Assembly: GCF_001194135.2 (NCBI RefSeq)
Contig: NC_068988.1
Span: 38,842,883 to 38,906,882 of the forward strand
Length of the DNA: 64,000 bases
Source of the DNA: Octopus bimaculoides
Taxonomy: Eukaryota
Direction: 5' to 3'
Position 1 is the first letter of the stretch. Each line of letters starts with the position of its first letter. Below are positions 1-11,994 of the stretch, in pieces. Below the pieces are notes generated by a model. That model saw only the letters and a list, made by a program, of their open reading frames with translations. It had not been told where the DNA came from and did not search any database. Position numbers and translations under genes: made by a program.

Positions 1-909
1 TATATATATATCATCATCATCATCATCTTTTAACATCCATTTTCCATGCTGGCATGGGTTGGACATATATGTTTGGTAGAAGAAATAGGATAAATGGAGC
101 TCACCACCTGAGGATGTATGTAATTTTATTTTATTATTTTAATTAGTGGAGGGTTACAAAAGTGACTGAAGACTTGAGTTTTATGCTTGGCACTTATCAG
201 GTTTGGAAAAGACACCATGCACAAAACTCTCGGCTCTTGAGCCACATAACTTTCTGTTGATCAGAAATAATCAAAGATACATATTGTCATGTTATTTTGG
301 GCTGTTTTTCCATGCTGGAATGGGTTGGACTGTATATGCATTTGTGTGCATATGTAGTTTCATGTGTCCCAGCATGCCCACAGTTGAATGAGTGGAACCA
401 TTGAAAGAATATATATGTCTGGTTTTAGAATCTAAGGTAGTGGGTTAAAATAATTTTTTCATATTTATTCTGGCACTCAAACCTTGTCAAGGTCAACATT
501 GACTCTCACCCTTTCATGTTGATACAGTAGTAGTTGAATTGGGTGTGGTGGTGGTGGTGGTGGTGGTGGAGGCTGTAGCAGTATTGTTAGTGTTGGATGG
601 ACAAGTTTATCTAGGATGATATTGGTGTCAAGCTGTATCAGTCCTTGCTTTTAAACTTGGGACTACACAACATTGATAGCATGGAGAGGAGAGACAGTAT
701 TAGCTTTTTTGGATCTTGAAACAGGAATTTTGAAGTGCAAGATATATGTTAAACTCTGACTTATGAAAGCCTTAGATATTAAGTCTTCACAAGATGAACT
801 TTGTTAGCTTTCCTTTTATTTTTCCAGAACTGTGTTTCAAACAGTAAACATGCACATTATTTACATTATTTACATTTGACGGATATTTGTCCTCATCTTG
901 TTTGTTGTT

Positions 910-955
910 AACACAATGTTTCAGCTGATATACCCTCCAGCCTTCATCAGGTGTC
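910..955 (-). ncRNA. Minimal type-I hammerhead ribozyme-like motif (slightly decayed)
   Basis: Minus strand reads GACAC-CUGAUGA-A-GGCUG-GAGGGUAUAU-CAGCU-GAAAC-AUU-GUGUU. Stem I is GACAC/GUGUU, stem II is GGCUG/CAGCU, and both core segments are intact. The sister copy reads GAAAU-GUU, which implies an ancestral palindromic GAAAC-GUU. Confidence 0.65.
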
Positions 956-1086
956 TTGGGGAAATTTTGAGCCTGGGTTCTCATTCCTAAGGTATTTTTC
1001 GATGTTTTTATTATGGCGTAGTGGTTAAGAGCACGGGCTACTAACCCCAAGATTCCGAGTTCAAAAAATACCTTAAGAATGAAAAC

Positions 1087-1127
1087 GTGATGAAGGCTGG
1101 AGGGTATATCAGCCGAAATGTTGTGTT
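1087..1127 (+). ncRNA. Second, damaged copy of the same hammerhead-like motif
   Basis: GUGAUGA-A-GGCUG-GAGGGUAUAU-CAGCC-GAAAU-GUU-GUGUU. Stem II is perfect, but core C3 and the 5' strand of stem I are lost at the 26-nt deletion. Confidence 0.5.
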
Positions 1128-2349
1128 AACAACAAACAAGATGAGGACAAATATCTGTCAAATGTAAATAATGTAAATAATATATGCAGATCTTAAATAA
1201 TAGAACTATAGTAAATATGCATTGTAATCATTATTGCCTGTACTGTTTGTTACTGCTGCAATTTAGTTCCAAGTTAGCCTTGATTAAGCAGATCTATAAT
1301 CAAAGCCATTCCAGTATTGTCTATCAACTTTTCCCACTCTGATAGTAGACTATGTTATCCAAAATGCTCATTTTTTGTTTCCTTAAGGAAAAAAATTGGC
1401 TGTTTATGAATTGAATACCTTGAATCATATGCTTGTTTGATTAAAGGCCGAGTTCTGGCTTAAACCCAACCATATAACACAAACCTTGCCTGTCTTTGCT
1501 TAACTTTCTAACAATAAATTTCCATGTTCCTCGTTCACAGCTTATCATCTTAAATCAAGCAAACATTAGATTATGAGGTGTGTATACTATGCCTGAGAGG
1601 AAAAAAAAAAGGAATAGGATGGTCACAACTGGAATGTCTTTGATCTCAGTATCATTGTATAATGTAGATCTGTCAACTGGTGCTCCACCATCCCGATTTT
1701 TTTTTTCTTTCTTTCTCATTGCTTATATCTTTCTTCTCACCAAACTCTCTAGTTCTTATTGTAAAGGATATAAAGTTTTAGAATTAGTTATTTAAACCAA
1801 GGACATCCCCGATTGAGCAAACCTGTAATCGAAGGCATTCCAGCCCTGACTGTCACAAGTTAAGGTTGTGAGTAATGTGTGCCTTCCTTGCCTAAGAAAC
1901 ACATTAAGTAGTTGAAGAGAAAAATTGCATCTGTATCATTTCATTTTGATGTTCAGCATCTTATTCTCACTGATGCTGAAAAATTAACAAAAGAAAAAAA
2001 AGAAAGAAAAAGGAAAAAAAGGGGAAAAAGAAGCTCACATTAAACAGGAGGAATGGGTTTAATATGGAATTTTCCAAAGAACAAGAAAACTGAGCATGCT
2101 ATAACTTTAGGAACTGAAGCAGCATGGCTATTAAAAATAAAAGAATGTGCTTTCCAGATTTATTTTGATCTGTTTTTAGTTCTTAAGAACTCTATTGATA
2201 TTTAAAATAAAGTTAAAACAGTTGAATGTCATGTTGATGAAACATCACTCATTTCATTTCATTGTGTGTCTGCTAGTTAATTATTGCCTTCAAAAATTGG
2301 GGGACAGTGCTATGCTCACTGATGTAAAGTAAAAGCAAGTGTATGTAAC

Positions 2350-2760
2350 TTGACTTTGATTCCTTACACTCTATTCCACTTCCTCAGATAGAAATTGACA
2401 TCAAATCTCCCTCAAACTACACCTTAGTTTCTTAAAAAAAAGAAGAGGAGACTCATTAGATAATGTAGTCTTGGATAAAATGATCTGGGTGATCACAGCA
2501 TTACTGGAATGCCTTTGGTCATAGCTTTGCTTGATTATGGTTGGCCTGTGGGGAAAAATGGCCTTGATCCATTTCTTTTTATTCCATTTCCTCTGCTAGA
2601 GATAGCAACTTAATCTTCTGGAAACAACACCCTACAGACTTAAAAAATGAGGTGATACATTAGATAATGTAGTCCTAGATAATATGATATGGGTAATCAC
2701 AGCATAAATGGAATTCTTTTAATCATAGCTCAGCTTACGGATGATCAGGGGGGTAAAAAC
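2350..2760 (+). mobile_element. Two adjacent decayed copies of an abundant interspersed repeat (SINE-like; signature ctgctagaaatagcaaccaaatctccc...cattagataatgtagtc...ggaatgcctttgatcatag)
   Basis: The same motif string recurs at about 6570-6790, 29765-29965, 37470-38100, 43620-43850 (minus) and 55700-55935. Confidence 0.7.
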
Positions 2761-3399
2761 GACAGTAATGATAAATGTTTGGCCTCGAGATGAACAATAA
2801 CTTGGTCATTTTTCTTGTATGGAGTTTAACAACACTTCACAGCTATCAATACACAACTTCTAACTGTTTTTTTTTTGTCTGAACTTGAAGCACTGCTACT
2901 GACACATTCTAGAACACATTATTGTACAAGGACCAGTACCTGGATGTACCAACCCTTCTACATAAATCATAACCATTATAGCCTCTCCAGACATAAACCG
3001 AACCTCACGAAACTTTCTCCATTTCTCACTCCAGTTGGTTAGTTCAGATTTCTTTCTGTTTTTTTTTTTTTTTACTAAACACCTATGTAAATGCTGTCAG
3101 TTACGTAAACTTGTAATCATTATGTGTGTACGTAAATAAATCAATATTTGTGTGATGGGGTATTTGATGATTGATTACTTAAGTGATGAAGGCTGAGTTG
3201 TTAAATTATTTGGAAAGCAGTTACATCATGTGGATAATTCATCGATGTTCATTTTGAATTTCTGAATTTCTAGTCTTATTTTCCGGAACTCTTGTTTGTA
3301 ACAGCATCTTCATAAATCAACTGCCATGTTACATTGATCACTTTTCTGCCACTGCCACCACTATCTCTTTGTCTTTTCTCGTCCTCGTCCTCTTCATCT

Positions 3400-3960
3400 T
3401 TCTCCAACTATCCCTCATCTTTGTCTTCTTCCTCCTCCTTCCCTCCTAATCCTTATCTTCCTCCTGCCCCTTCTCTTCTATATTGTTTTCCTCCTCCTTC
3501 CCCTCTAATCTTTATCTTCCTCCTGCCCCTTCTCTTCTACATTGTTTTCTTCCTCCTTCCCCTCCTAATCCTTACCTTCCTCCTGCTCCTCCTCTCCTAA
3601 TCCTTATGTTCCTCCTGCTCCTCCTCTCCTAATCTTTATCTTCCTCCTGCTNNNNNNNNNNNNNNNNNNNNNNNNNNNNNNNNNNNNNNTCTAATCTTTA
3701 TCTTCCTCCTGCCCCTTCTCTTCTACATTGTTTTCTTCCTCCTTCCCCTCCTAATCCTTACCTTCCTCCTGCTCCTCCTCTCCTAATCCTTATGTTCCTC
3801 CTGCTCCTCCTCTCCTAATCTTTATCTTCCTCCTGCTCCTTCTCTTCTACACCCTCTTCTTCCTCCCCCTGCACTCTTCCTCCTCCCTTTCTTCCTCCTC
3901 TTCTTTTGCTCTTCTTCTTCTGTGTCCTCCCCTCTCCTTTTGCTCTTACTTCCCCCTCCT
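3400..3960. repeat. Pyrimidine-rich (CT) minisatellite with a ~27-30 bp unit (ctcctaatccttatcttcctcctgctcct), interrupted by an N gap
   Basis: Directly visible tandem units; the same sequence appears on both sides of gap 3652-3689. Confidence 0.85.
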
Positions 3961-4287
3961 CCCCTTCCTTGTGTCTGGATTGCACATGTTGAATTGTATA
4001 TTTATATATATAACCTTATATATATTGATCTACATCAGTGATAATATATAGTCTGATTACAATTATGAAAATAATACTTGTATCAAACTGAGGCACAAGG
4101 CCAGCAATTTTTAGAGGAGCGGGATTAGTCAACACCTTTGGCTCTGGTACTTGAACTAGTACTTTATTTTATTGACCTGGAAGGATGAAGGCAAAGTTGA
4201 CCTTGGTAGATTTTGAAATCTGAACTTATAGAGCCAGAAGAATACAAGAAATTATGTCCAGCGCTTTAACAATTTTGATGTTCTGTT

Positions 4288-4651
4288 ATGATGATAATAA
4301 TAATAATAATAATAATAATAATCGTTTAATGTCTGCTTTCCATGCTGGCATGGGTTGGACAATTTGACTGAGGACTGGCGAACCAGATGGCTGCANNNNN
4401 NNNNNGGGTTGGACAATTTGACTGAGGACTGGCGAACCAGATGGCTGCACTAGGCTCCAATCTGATCTGGCAGAATTTCTACAGCTGGATGCCCTTCCTA
4501 ACGCCAACCACTCTGAGAGTGTAGTCGGTACTTTTATGTGCCACCGGCACGAGGGACAATCAGGCAGTACTGGCAACGATCACGCTCAAATGGTGTTTTT
4601 TACGTGCCACCTGCACAGGAGCCAGTCTAGCGGCACTGGCAACGACCTCGG
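4288..4651 (-). mobile_element. Relatively young 3'-UTR fragment of an RTE-clade LINE (or a SINE sharing its tail), ending in a short tandem tail
   Basis: cgtttaatgtctgctttccatgctggcatgggttggac...ggatgcccttcctaacgccaaccac is the reverse complement of the tail that follows the RTE ORF end at 5080-5280. CpGs are retained. Confidence 0.8.
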
Positions 4652-4699
4652 TTTTAAATTTTAGCACAAGGCCTGATATTTCAGGGGTAGGAGGTGGTC

Positions 4700-5280
4700 A
4701 GTGCTGATCTCTAACTGTGGAGGGAACCTGTGGAAGTGGTAGACCTGTGGCAGAAGGAGACCCAGGAAGACTTGGAAGGAGGTGGTGAAGCATGATCTTC
4801 GAACTTTCAGCCTCACAGAAGCAATGACTAGTGATCAAGACCTTTGGTGATGTGCTGTACTTGAGAGGACCCATCAAGCTAAGTGCACCTGTGCTGGTGG
4901 CATGTAAAGAACACCTTTCAAGCATTGGGCCTCATGGAGGCAAAGTGGCCGAGTTCCTTTTGAGTGTTTGGCCTCACAGAGGCAATGACTGAGACCGTTG
5001 GCATTATTTCGTGCTTGAGAAGAAGACCCATCAAGCTGAGCAAAATTGCAGTTGTGGCAGATATTGGTGTCATGTAAATTGGCACCTGTGCCGATGGTAT
5101 GTAAAAGCACCCTGATGTCATGCAAATGGCACTCCCAGAGTGGTTGGTGTTAGAAAGGGCATCCAGCTGTAGAAAACCATGCCAAATCAGACTGGAGTTT
5201 GGTGCAACCTTTGCCAGCCCAGTCAAACTATCCAACCCATGTCAGCATAGAAAATGGACGTTAAATGAGGATGATGCATT
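4700..5280 (+). mobile_element. RTE LINE 3' end: ORF2 C-terminus remnant plus 3' UTR, with an internal duplication
   Basis: A plus frame translates to TCGRRRPRKTWKEVVKHDLRTFSLTEAMTSDQDLW*CAVLERTHQAK, matching the RTE GRPRKTW C-terminal motif. It ends in ggacgttaaatgaggatgatg. Confidence 0.85.
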
Positions 5281-5826
5281 TCTCATTTTATTTTTTTTTT
5301 ACTTTTAGTAGAGAAAAAATATTGTAGATAACTGAATTATTACTGTTTTTTTTTTTTATAAGATTGAGGATGTGTTCTTAATATCTGAAGACAAGCATTA
5401 ACCAAAGAAACGACTCAACACATGCTGTAGAATCAAATATATTAAAACAGAATTTGACTGTGACTTAGAAGTTTCATCCAAAGGGCTGATCACACGGTCT
5501 GATTATTCTGTAAGCCCTTGAAGCATGAAGGGCAGTGTTGAAGTTATTGTTTAAATCCTGGTCAACTCTCATTGAACAGAAGTATTCAAGCAATGAACAT
5601 CCCCTTCTTATCCACTGTATCCAGCGTTTATTTAAGAACATACAATGTTATTTGAGGGAGATTTTACAGGCTTTTTAGCAGCCACACAATTTAAATATGA
5701 ATTTACAACAATGTAGTATTAAACATAAACTTAAAAACTTTAGGGTTTGTGTTTTCTATCTTGCCCATATCAACTACCTTTTTCCTCTTTGATTATTTTA
5801 ATAAGAAGATTATGAGAAGACATGTT

Positions 5827-6051
5827 TTAATCCTTTAGTATTCAGATTACTCTGTTACATGTAGTGCTTAATTATTCATATTGTTTTGAATTTATCATAC
5901 ATTATCTTGTAGCTCTGAGATTTTGATGATGTGATTGTTTACTTTTAGAATGACATTGTAGGGTAGGTGTGAGAGATCTGATAATTCTTGTTTGAACATA
6001 AAACAAGAAGAATATTTGGTCTGATATGGCTGGTTTGAACATGAAAGGCTT
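5827..6051 (-). mobile_element. TTAA-ended piggyBac-type MITE, family 1 (decayed)
   Basis: Reverse complement of the element at 7507-7734; ends ttaatcctttag and aaaggctta. Confidence 0.7.
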
Positions 6052-7414
6052 ATGGGAGCACATCCCAGTCTATGGTCCTTGTTTTGTTATCATTTTCATA
6101 GAACTTGATCATTCCATTTTAGAAAAATGACTAGGTTTTTGGAGAAAAATGCTCAAGGATGCCTGTGGCATGTAAAACAAATAGCAAAGTGGTCATTGAC
6201 ATACTTTTTAGCTCACAACACTATTAGAGCCCACTTGAGTATTTCACTTCAGTCAGAATAGGTTTTTATGTTTGCACATGTCTTTTTCTTCCTGTTCTTG
6301 CACGAATGTGATTTTTTTTTTTTTTATTAGACCCATTAATTGTTTAAAATCATTTTAAAATATTAAATGTTTAGAATGCATACTAGTCTGATAAGCCTAT
6401 AATAATTTGGGGATTAGAATCTGTTTTAAATCAACGACAAATCATAACTAGCTGATGTGTGCTTTGTTAAAGATACAGCACAATGGGCTGTAGTTGTAGG
6501 GTTTGAACTTGTGACCACCTTAGTCTTGTAGGCAAAGAGTCTCTTGCACAGTATATTGTATATGCACATTCTTGAGCCAATGAGGGAGTCTCTATATGGT
6601 GACTTGACCTGCTAGATGTAGTAGTCAAATCTCTATTTAATCATACCTTATTTTAAGGAAGAACACATTGAATAAAATAATCCCATTATGCTGTTTCATT
6701 GAAAGATAATGTTCATGATTGAAACAAGCACTTTCTGTTACAGGTCTACTTGCTGATGGTTGTCAACCTGTGGCTTAACAACCACATCAACAATGTCTAA
6801 TGAATAATTATTTAATTAACCCTTTGGAAAATGAAAGGCAAAGTGAAACCTTCTTGGATTTGAATCTAGAATAGTGTGGTCCCATTAATGTAACTGATTA
6901 AGTTTTTTTGCACTTCTATAATATGCAATTATAAAAAAAAATTTTTTAAAGGAATCCTTAGTCATTGAGAACCTGCTGAAGTTTGGTAAATATAAATTGA
7001 TGTGATCTGTGTCGACATAGAGAATCACATTTTAAGTTATACTAGGTCTTTGCTGTTCACTACACTGCTGGTAAAAATATTTGTTTACCATGCACGCTAC
7101 CTTCTTTTAATAGTAGACTTTATATAGTGGAAATCTCATTAGTTAACTATGGTGACAAGTCTACCTGTCTGTCTAGCTCTCACTCACATTCTCTCTCTTA
7201 CTGTATTTCTCTCTCAACAACATTTTTTCTTTCTCTTCTTCTAAAAATACATTGTTACATATATTTTGATTCTTCCCCTTTTTTTCCTCCCTCTTATAGA
7301 TGTTGTGATGGACAAACAGACAGAGATCCACGTCTTTTATAATGTAGGATTTCCAAGCTGATGTTGATTTAAAGATTTGGTTAAGTTCAAATGATTGTAT
7401 AAGTGGCATCTTCA

Positions 7415-7846
7415 TTAGTCTTTTTGATACCAGCCAACTTGAGACTGCATCTGCTTCTAATGTACAAACTATCTGTTTTTAAGTGATCTTCCATCAAACT
7501 TTCATGTTAACTCTTTAGCATTTAAACTGGCTGTATCCGGTCAAAATATTCTACTTGCTTTATATTCAAACTGGCCAAATCTGACATCTCACACCTACTC
7601 TAGAATATCATTTTGAACATAAACAACCATGTCATTGAAATCTCAAGGTTAGAAGATAATGCAGGATAAATTCAAAACATCATGAATAAATAAGCATTAC
7701 ATTTGACTGAATAATTAGAACACTAAAGGGTTAATTTTCATTCCAAACACCAGCTTAATAGTGACCATTACTAAATACTTCATTATTTTCAAAATAAATT
7801 GATGCAAAGACATCATATCTGGACAAAAATATAACAAATGGGTTAA
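7415..7846 (+). mobile_element. TTAA-ended MITE, family 2, split by the family-1 insertion
   Basis: The flanks (tttaagtgatct...catgttaa | ttaattttcattccaaacaccagcttaat...gggttaa) join up to match the uninterrupted copy at 42887-43110. Confidence 0.7.
7507..7734 (+). mobile_element. TTAA-ended piggyBac-type MITE, family 1 (~228 bp), nested in a family-2 MITE
   Basis: Terminal inverted repeats ttaactctttagc / cactaaagggttaa with TTAA at both ends; homologous copies at 53045-53269, 55930-56155 and 5827-6051. Confidence 0.85.
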
Positions 7847-8147
7847 CTTGTTTTGACTGAAGCTAAATTCTAGGACAGCCTTTTTTCCAACAATATATCT
7901 GAAACTACATTATCTAGTTTATATTTTGTCTTTTAAACTTATATAGTATTATTTTGAGAGAGATTTGGTTGCCATGTCTTCCTAACAGGACAAACAACCA
8001 TGTCAATTCTCACTCTTTAATTAATTTCCAATGTGATCATTTGCCAATCAGCTATGGAACATATGTTGGAAAAGAACAAATGTTCCTCTGCCCAAATGTT
8101 GTCAATGCAAAGAACAATGTTTTCCTACTCACCACTTGTATTTGATT

Positions 8148-8470
8148 TGAGGTGATATCAAAAAGTTCCCAGACTAGTTATGTTTAATAAAAAAATAACT
8201 TTTTTACCTAAGTTTTAACATCGTCTCTTTCGAAATAGTCACCTTGCTCAGCAATACACTGGTTCCAGCATTCCTGTCATTTTTGCAATCCAGCCTGGAA
8301 GTCATTTTCCGTAAGCTAGTTGAGGACCTCCTGCAATTCATATATGTGTATACTACAGGCTTACAAGCTTCCATACAGTTGGTGTACCAAATTTTAATGA
8401 CAATGAATTGGTCAACATACGGCTATGATAGACAGTATTGCAATTGAAACCCAAACTATACCACATGCAC
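8148..8470 (+). mobile_element. Tc1/mariner-like non-autonomous element fragment
   Basis: Begins tgaggtgatatcaaaaagttcccagact, resembling the mariner TIR pattern TACGAGGG...TCAAAAAGT. No transposase ORF. Confidence 0.55.
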
Positions 8471-9960
8471 CCATACACACACACACAATGTCTACACATT
8501 TATATACTCTCACGTATGTAATGTGTGTTTTTGCATGTGTTTGTATGTCATATATGTGAAAGTATTTCTATTTGCACGTGTGTGAGTGTATATATGTTTG
8601 TTTGTATGTATGTATCTGTACACATACATTTGCACATGCCATGTGTATGTGTGTCTTTTGTTCATGACTGAAATAAATTACAGCTTCTTGCATAGTGTTT
8701 TTCAAAAAATATATTTTGCACTTCCAATTTTATTTCTAATACTAGTTCCATGTTTTGTTTACTCTGCATCCTCCACGTCTCTATTGGTACCGGTCGGTTA
8801 GTTTTGCAACTTTATATATTTACATAGCAGATTTACTTGAAGTGTTGCTGGTTTGCTGTTTATTTTTTCCCCTTGAGCTACTGCATGTTTTGTTTAATAA
8901 CTATTTCTTGCAGGAAATAGCCTGAAGATTTTTATAAAGGAGTTGGTTGGGAACACTTAGGGAAGAGATATATTTATAATTTTTCCTGGAGGCATTACTC
9001 GAATGGATTGGAAGAAAAGTGTAATCAAATGATTTCCAAAAATTGATTTTTTGCATATGTACAAGCAGTTCTCAGAATCATGGAAAAAAGAAAAGAATGA
9101 GAATTTGTGATGTTCATTATATTTTCCCAGTATATATGGTGACCTAGTTCTCAGATTTATAATGTGAGGGAAAGGAACTGGTGTAGTGTTCATAGATTTC
9201 TCTGTAGTATTTGGTGACTTAATGAAGTTATATGGACACATTTGGACATGGAATGGAATTTAATCATAGAATCAGCACTGTGAGAGTTAACTTTATCTTA
9301 TAGTTAACATTCTGTGGAAGATGGTTATTGTTTATTGACAAAAACTTAGTTGGTCTGTCTTTGTGGAACTTGGGAGCAGGTATGATGATGTCATTCAGAT
9401 GTTTATTTCAAATTATCTGAAAACTTCTCAACTGGACTGTATCTGTTCCTGTTTATAGACTTAATCTATTGCCTGGTTTAACAGCAGTACTTCATCATTG
9501 GATGATTTAAGCACAGAGTTCACTGTTAGACGTACTGAGGCTGGATTTTCCTATATGTGGGTAGCTCAGCAACCCATGTTCCTTCTGCTCTCACAAGTTT
9601 CAGAGATTCTGCAAAGATCATAGATGATGGCCTTTCTCCTTTAATTAAGCCATAAAAAATGTAAATTATTTAGAACTCGGATCCATCATTATTGTTTTTA
9701 TGCCTACTTTCCGTGCTAGCATGGGTCAGGCTGGTCATGGCAGTCAGAGATTTGGAATTATTGCCCTCTTACCTAGGTTAGCTCCTGCATTTTGTTTTTG
9801 GTATAGTGTCTACAGCTGGATACCCACCCTAACACCAACCACTTCACAGAGTGTAGTGAGTGTCACAATGAAAATTATTGTCTCTCTCTCACACACACAT
9901 ACACACACACACACACACACACGCACAAGATGGGTTTCTTTTCAGTTTATATTTATCAAG

Positions 9961-10347
9961 TGGAGGTGCAATGGTCCAGTGGTTAGGGCAGCAGACTCGC
10001 GGTCATAGGATTGTGGTTTCGATTCCCAGACCGGGCGTTGTAAGTATTTATTGAGTGAAAACACCTAAAGCTCCACAAGGCTCCAGCAGGGGATGGTCGC
10101 GAACCCTGCTGTACTCTTTCACCACAACTTTCTCTCACTCTTACTTCCTGTTTCTGTTGTGCCTGTAATTCAAAGGGTCAGCCTTGTCACACTGTGTCAC
10201 GCTGAATATCCCCGAGAACTACGTTAAAGGTACACGTGTCTGTGGAGTGCTCAGCCACTTGCACGTTAATTTCACAAGCAGGCTGTTCCATTGATCGGAT
10301 CAACTGGAACCCTCGACATCGTAAGTGACGGAGTGCCAACAACAACA
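9961..10347 (+). mobile_element. Full-length young tRNA-derived SINE
   Basis: tRNA-like head (tggtccagtggttaggg...ggtttcgattcc), CpGs retained, (CAA)n tail. An antisense copy with high identity lies at 37601-37993. Confidence 0.9.
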
Positions 10348-10649
10348 AATATTTATCAAACCCACTCATAATAAGGCTTTGGTTAGAGCAGGGCCTGCAG
10401 TCAAAGACACTTGCCCAAAGTGCCATGCAGTGGGACTGAACCTGAAATTACATAATTAAGAAACTAACCTCTTAACCACACAACTGTGTCCATGCCTATA
10501 TACACATATACATATATGTGTCTGTGTGCATTTGTTTGAATATATGTGCTTGATTTATTTATTGTAATATTTCTATAAGTCCTCTATTAGTTGCTTTATT
10601 ACATTAACTGTCCACTGAAAGATCAATGTTCTCTAGTCATTCAATGACT

Positions 10650-10850
10650 ATTGGTACTGACAGCACTCATTGTTGTATCTACCTATACAGTGTTACTTGT
10701 ATACCAATCCCCTTCCACCAACTATCTTTTCTTCTGATACTCTTCTCTGTCGTTGTCAAACCAAAATTCTGGCTACTTGGTAGTCATCATTTCTTTTTCC
10801 CATTCTTGCTATATTTTCGTGGTATATCAGTTTTAATTTTTATTTCATGT
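10650..10850 (-). mobile_element. Highly decayed RTE LINE C-terminal remnant
   Basis: A minus frame gives KLIYHENIARMGKRNDDYQVARILV*QRQRR, similar to the RTE LRWYGHIARM...AKRIL motif. Confidence 0.45.
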
Positions 10851-11055
10851 CATGTGTTGCAAACAGTAGTCTCTTAGGTTACAGGCTCCCAACAGGACAG
10901 TCAGTGGCTCGCTGTATTTATCAATAGCAGTAACACCTCTAGCAGAATAAATATGTCAAGCAACTTTGTTTGAGGAAAATGGTTGTTTTTCTTGCCAATG
11001 TTTACATTGTTTTGTCAGTATAAATAGCTAAAAGATGCTCCTCCTAAATTCCCAA

Positions 11056-11090
<35 letters not shown>

Positions 11091-11799
11091 NNNNNNNNNN
11101 NNNNNNNNNNNNNNNNNNNNNNNNNNNNNNNNNNNNNNNNNNNNNNNNNNNNNNNNNNNNNNNNNNNNNNNNNNNNNNNNNNNNNNNNNNNNNNNNNNNN
11201 NNNNNNNNNNNNNNNNNNNNNNNNNNNNNNNNNNNNNNNNNNNNNNNNNNNNNNNNNNNNNNNNNNNNNNNNNNNNNNNNNNNNNNNNNNNNNNNNNNNN
11301 NNNNNNNNNNNNNNNNNNNNNNNNNNNNNNNNNNNNNNNNNNNNNNNNNNNNNNNNNNNNNNNNNNNNNNNNNNNNNNNNNNNNNNNNNNNNNNNNNNNN
11401 NNNNNNNNNNNNNNNNNNNNNNNNNNNNNNNNNNNNNNNNNNNNNNNNNNNNNNNNNNNNNNNNNNNNNNNNNNNNNNNNNNNNNNNNNNNNNNNNNNNN
11501 NNNNNNNNNNNNNNNNNNNNNNNNNNNNNNNNNNNNNNNNNNNNNNNNNNNNNNNNNNNNNNNNNNNNNNNNNNNNNNNNNNNNNNNNNNNNNNNNNNNN
11601 NNNNNNNNNNNNNNNNNNNNNNNNNNNNNNNNNNNNNNNNNNNNNNNNNNNNNNNNNNNNNNNNNNNNNNNNNNNNNNNNNNNNNNNNNNNNNNNNNNNN
11701 NNNNNNNATTTGGTAGAGATCTAAATATATATATATATATGTTAATTCTCTAAATGAAGTATTAACAGTAACTGCACGATAAAGTGTAGTATATTGCCA

Positions 11800-11847
<48 letters not shown>

Positions 11848-11954
11848 AGTTTGTATGATTGTCTATAGAAGAATATATTAATCAATGAAATTCCAACTTA
11901 GTCTGATTTTCACATTTTACTATTCACAATTTTTACAGTTTTACAATATTGAAG

Positions 11955-11994
11955 TAAACTAGTGCTTTCATGTGTTATACAATCATCAGGTTTA
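11955..11994 (-). ncRNA. Minimal type-I hammerhead ribozyme-like motif on a second scaffold
   Basis: Minus strand: UAAAC-CUGAUGA-U-UGU-AUAAC-ACA-U-GAAA-G-CA-C-UA-GUUUA. Stem I has 5 of 5 pairs and both core segments are intact. Stem II has 3 bp plus a U.U mismatch. Stem III is A-U/G-C and the cleavage triplet is CUA. Confidence 0.55.

Larger units (their letters stand above)
856..1186. mobile_element. Inverted-repeat (foldback) retroelement: minus-strand body, then tRNA-like head, then plus-strand body; each body carries a hammerhead-like motif (Penelope-like/SINE hybrid)
   Basis: 856-1008 is the near-exact reverse complement of 1064-1186, except that the right arm lacks about 26 nt. A box TGGCGTAGTGG at 1014-1024 and a truncated B box GTTCA at 1059-1063 lie between the arms. 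Confidence 0.8.

Noticed and set aside
4346-4455. Direct duplication around the 10-N gap (similar case around 3652-3689)
   Set aside because: Most likely unmerged contig overlaps, i.e. an assembly artifact rather than a biological tandem duplication.
9305-9660. Possible plus-strand exons (LTFCGRWLLFIDKNLVGLSLWNLGAG; DSAKIIDDGLSPLIKP)
   Set aside because: Splice phases do not join into a sustained ORF, and no family was recognised.
9961-10036. Apparent tRNA genes (also 1013-1063, 12255-12325, 16590-16655)
   Set aside because: These are SINE heads: no complete cloverleaf, and they continue into repeated SINE bodies.
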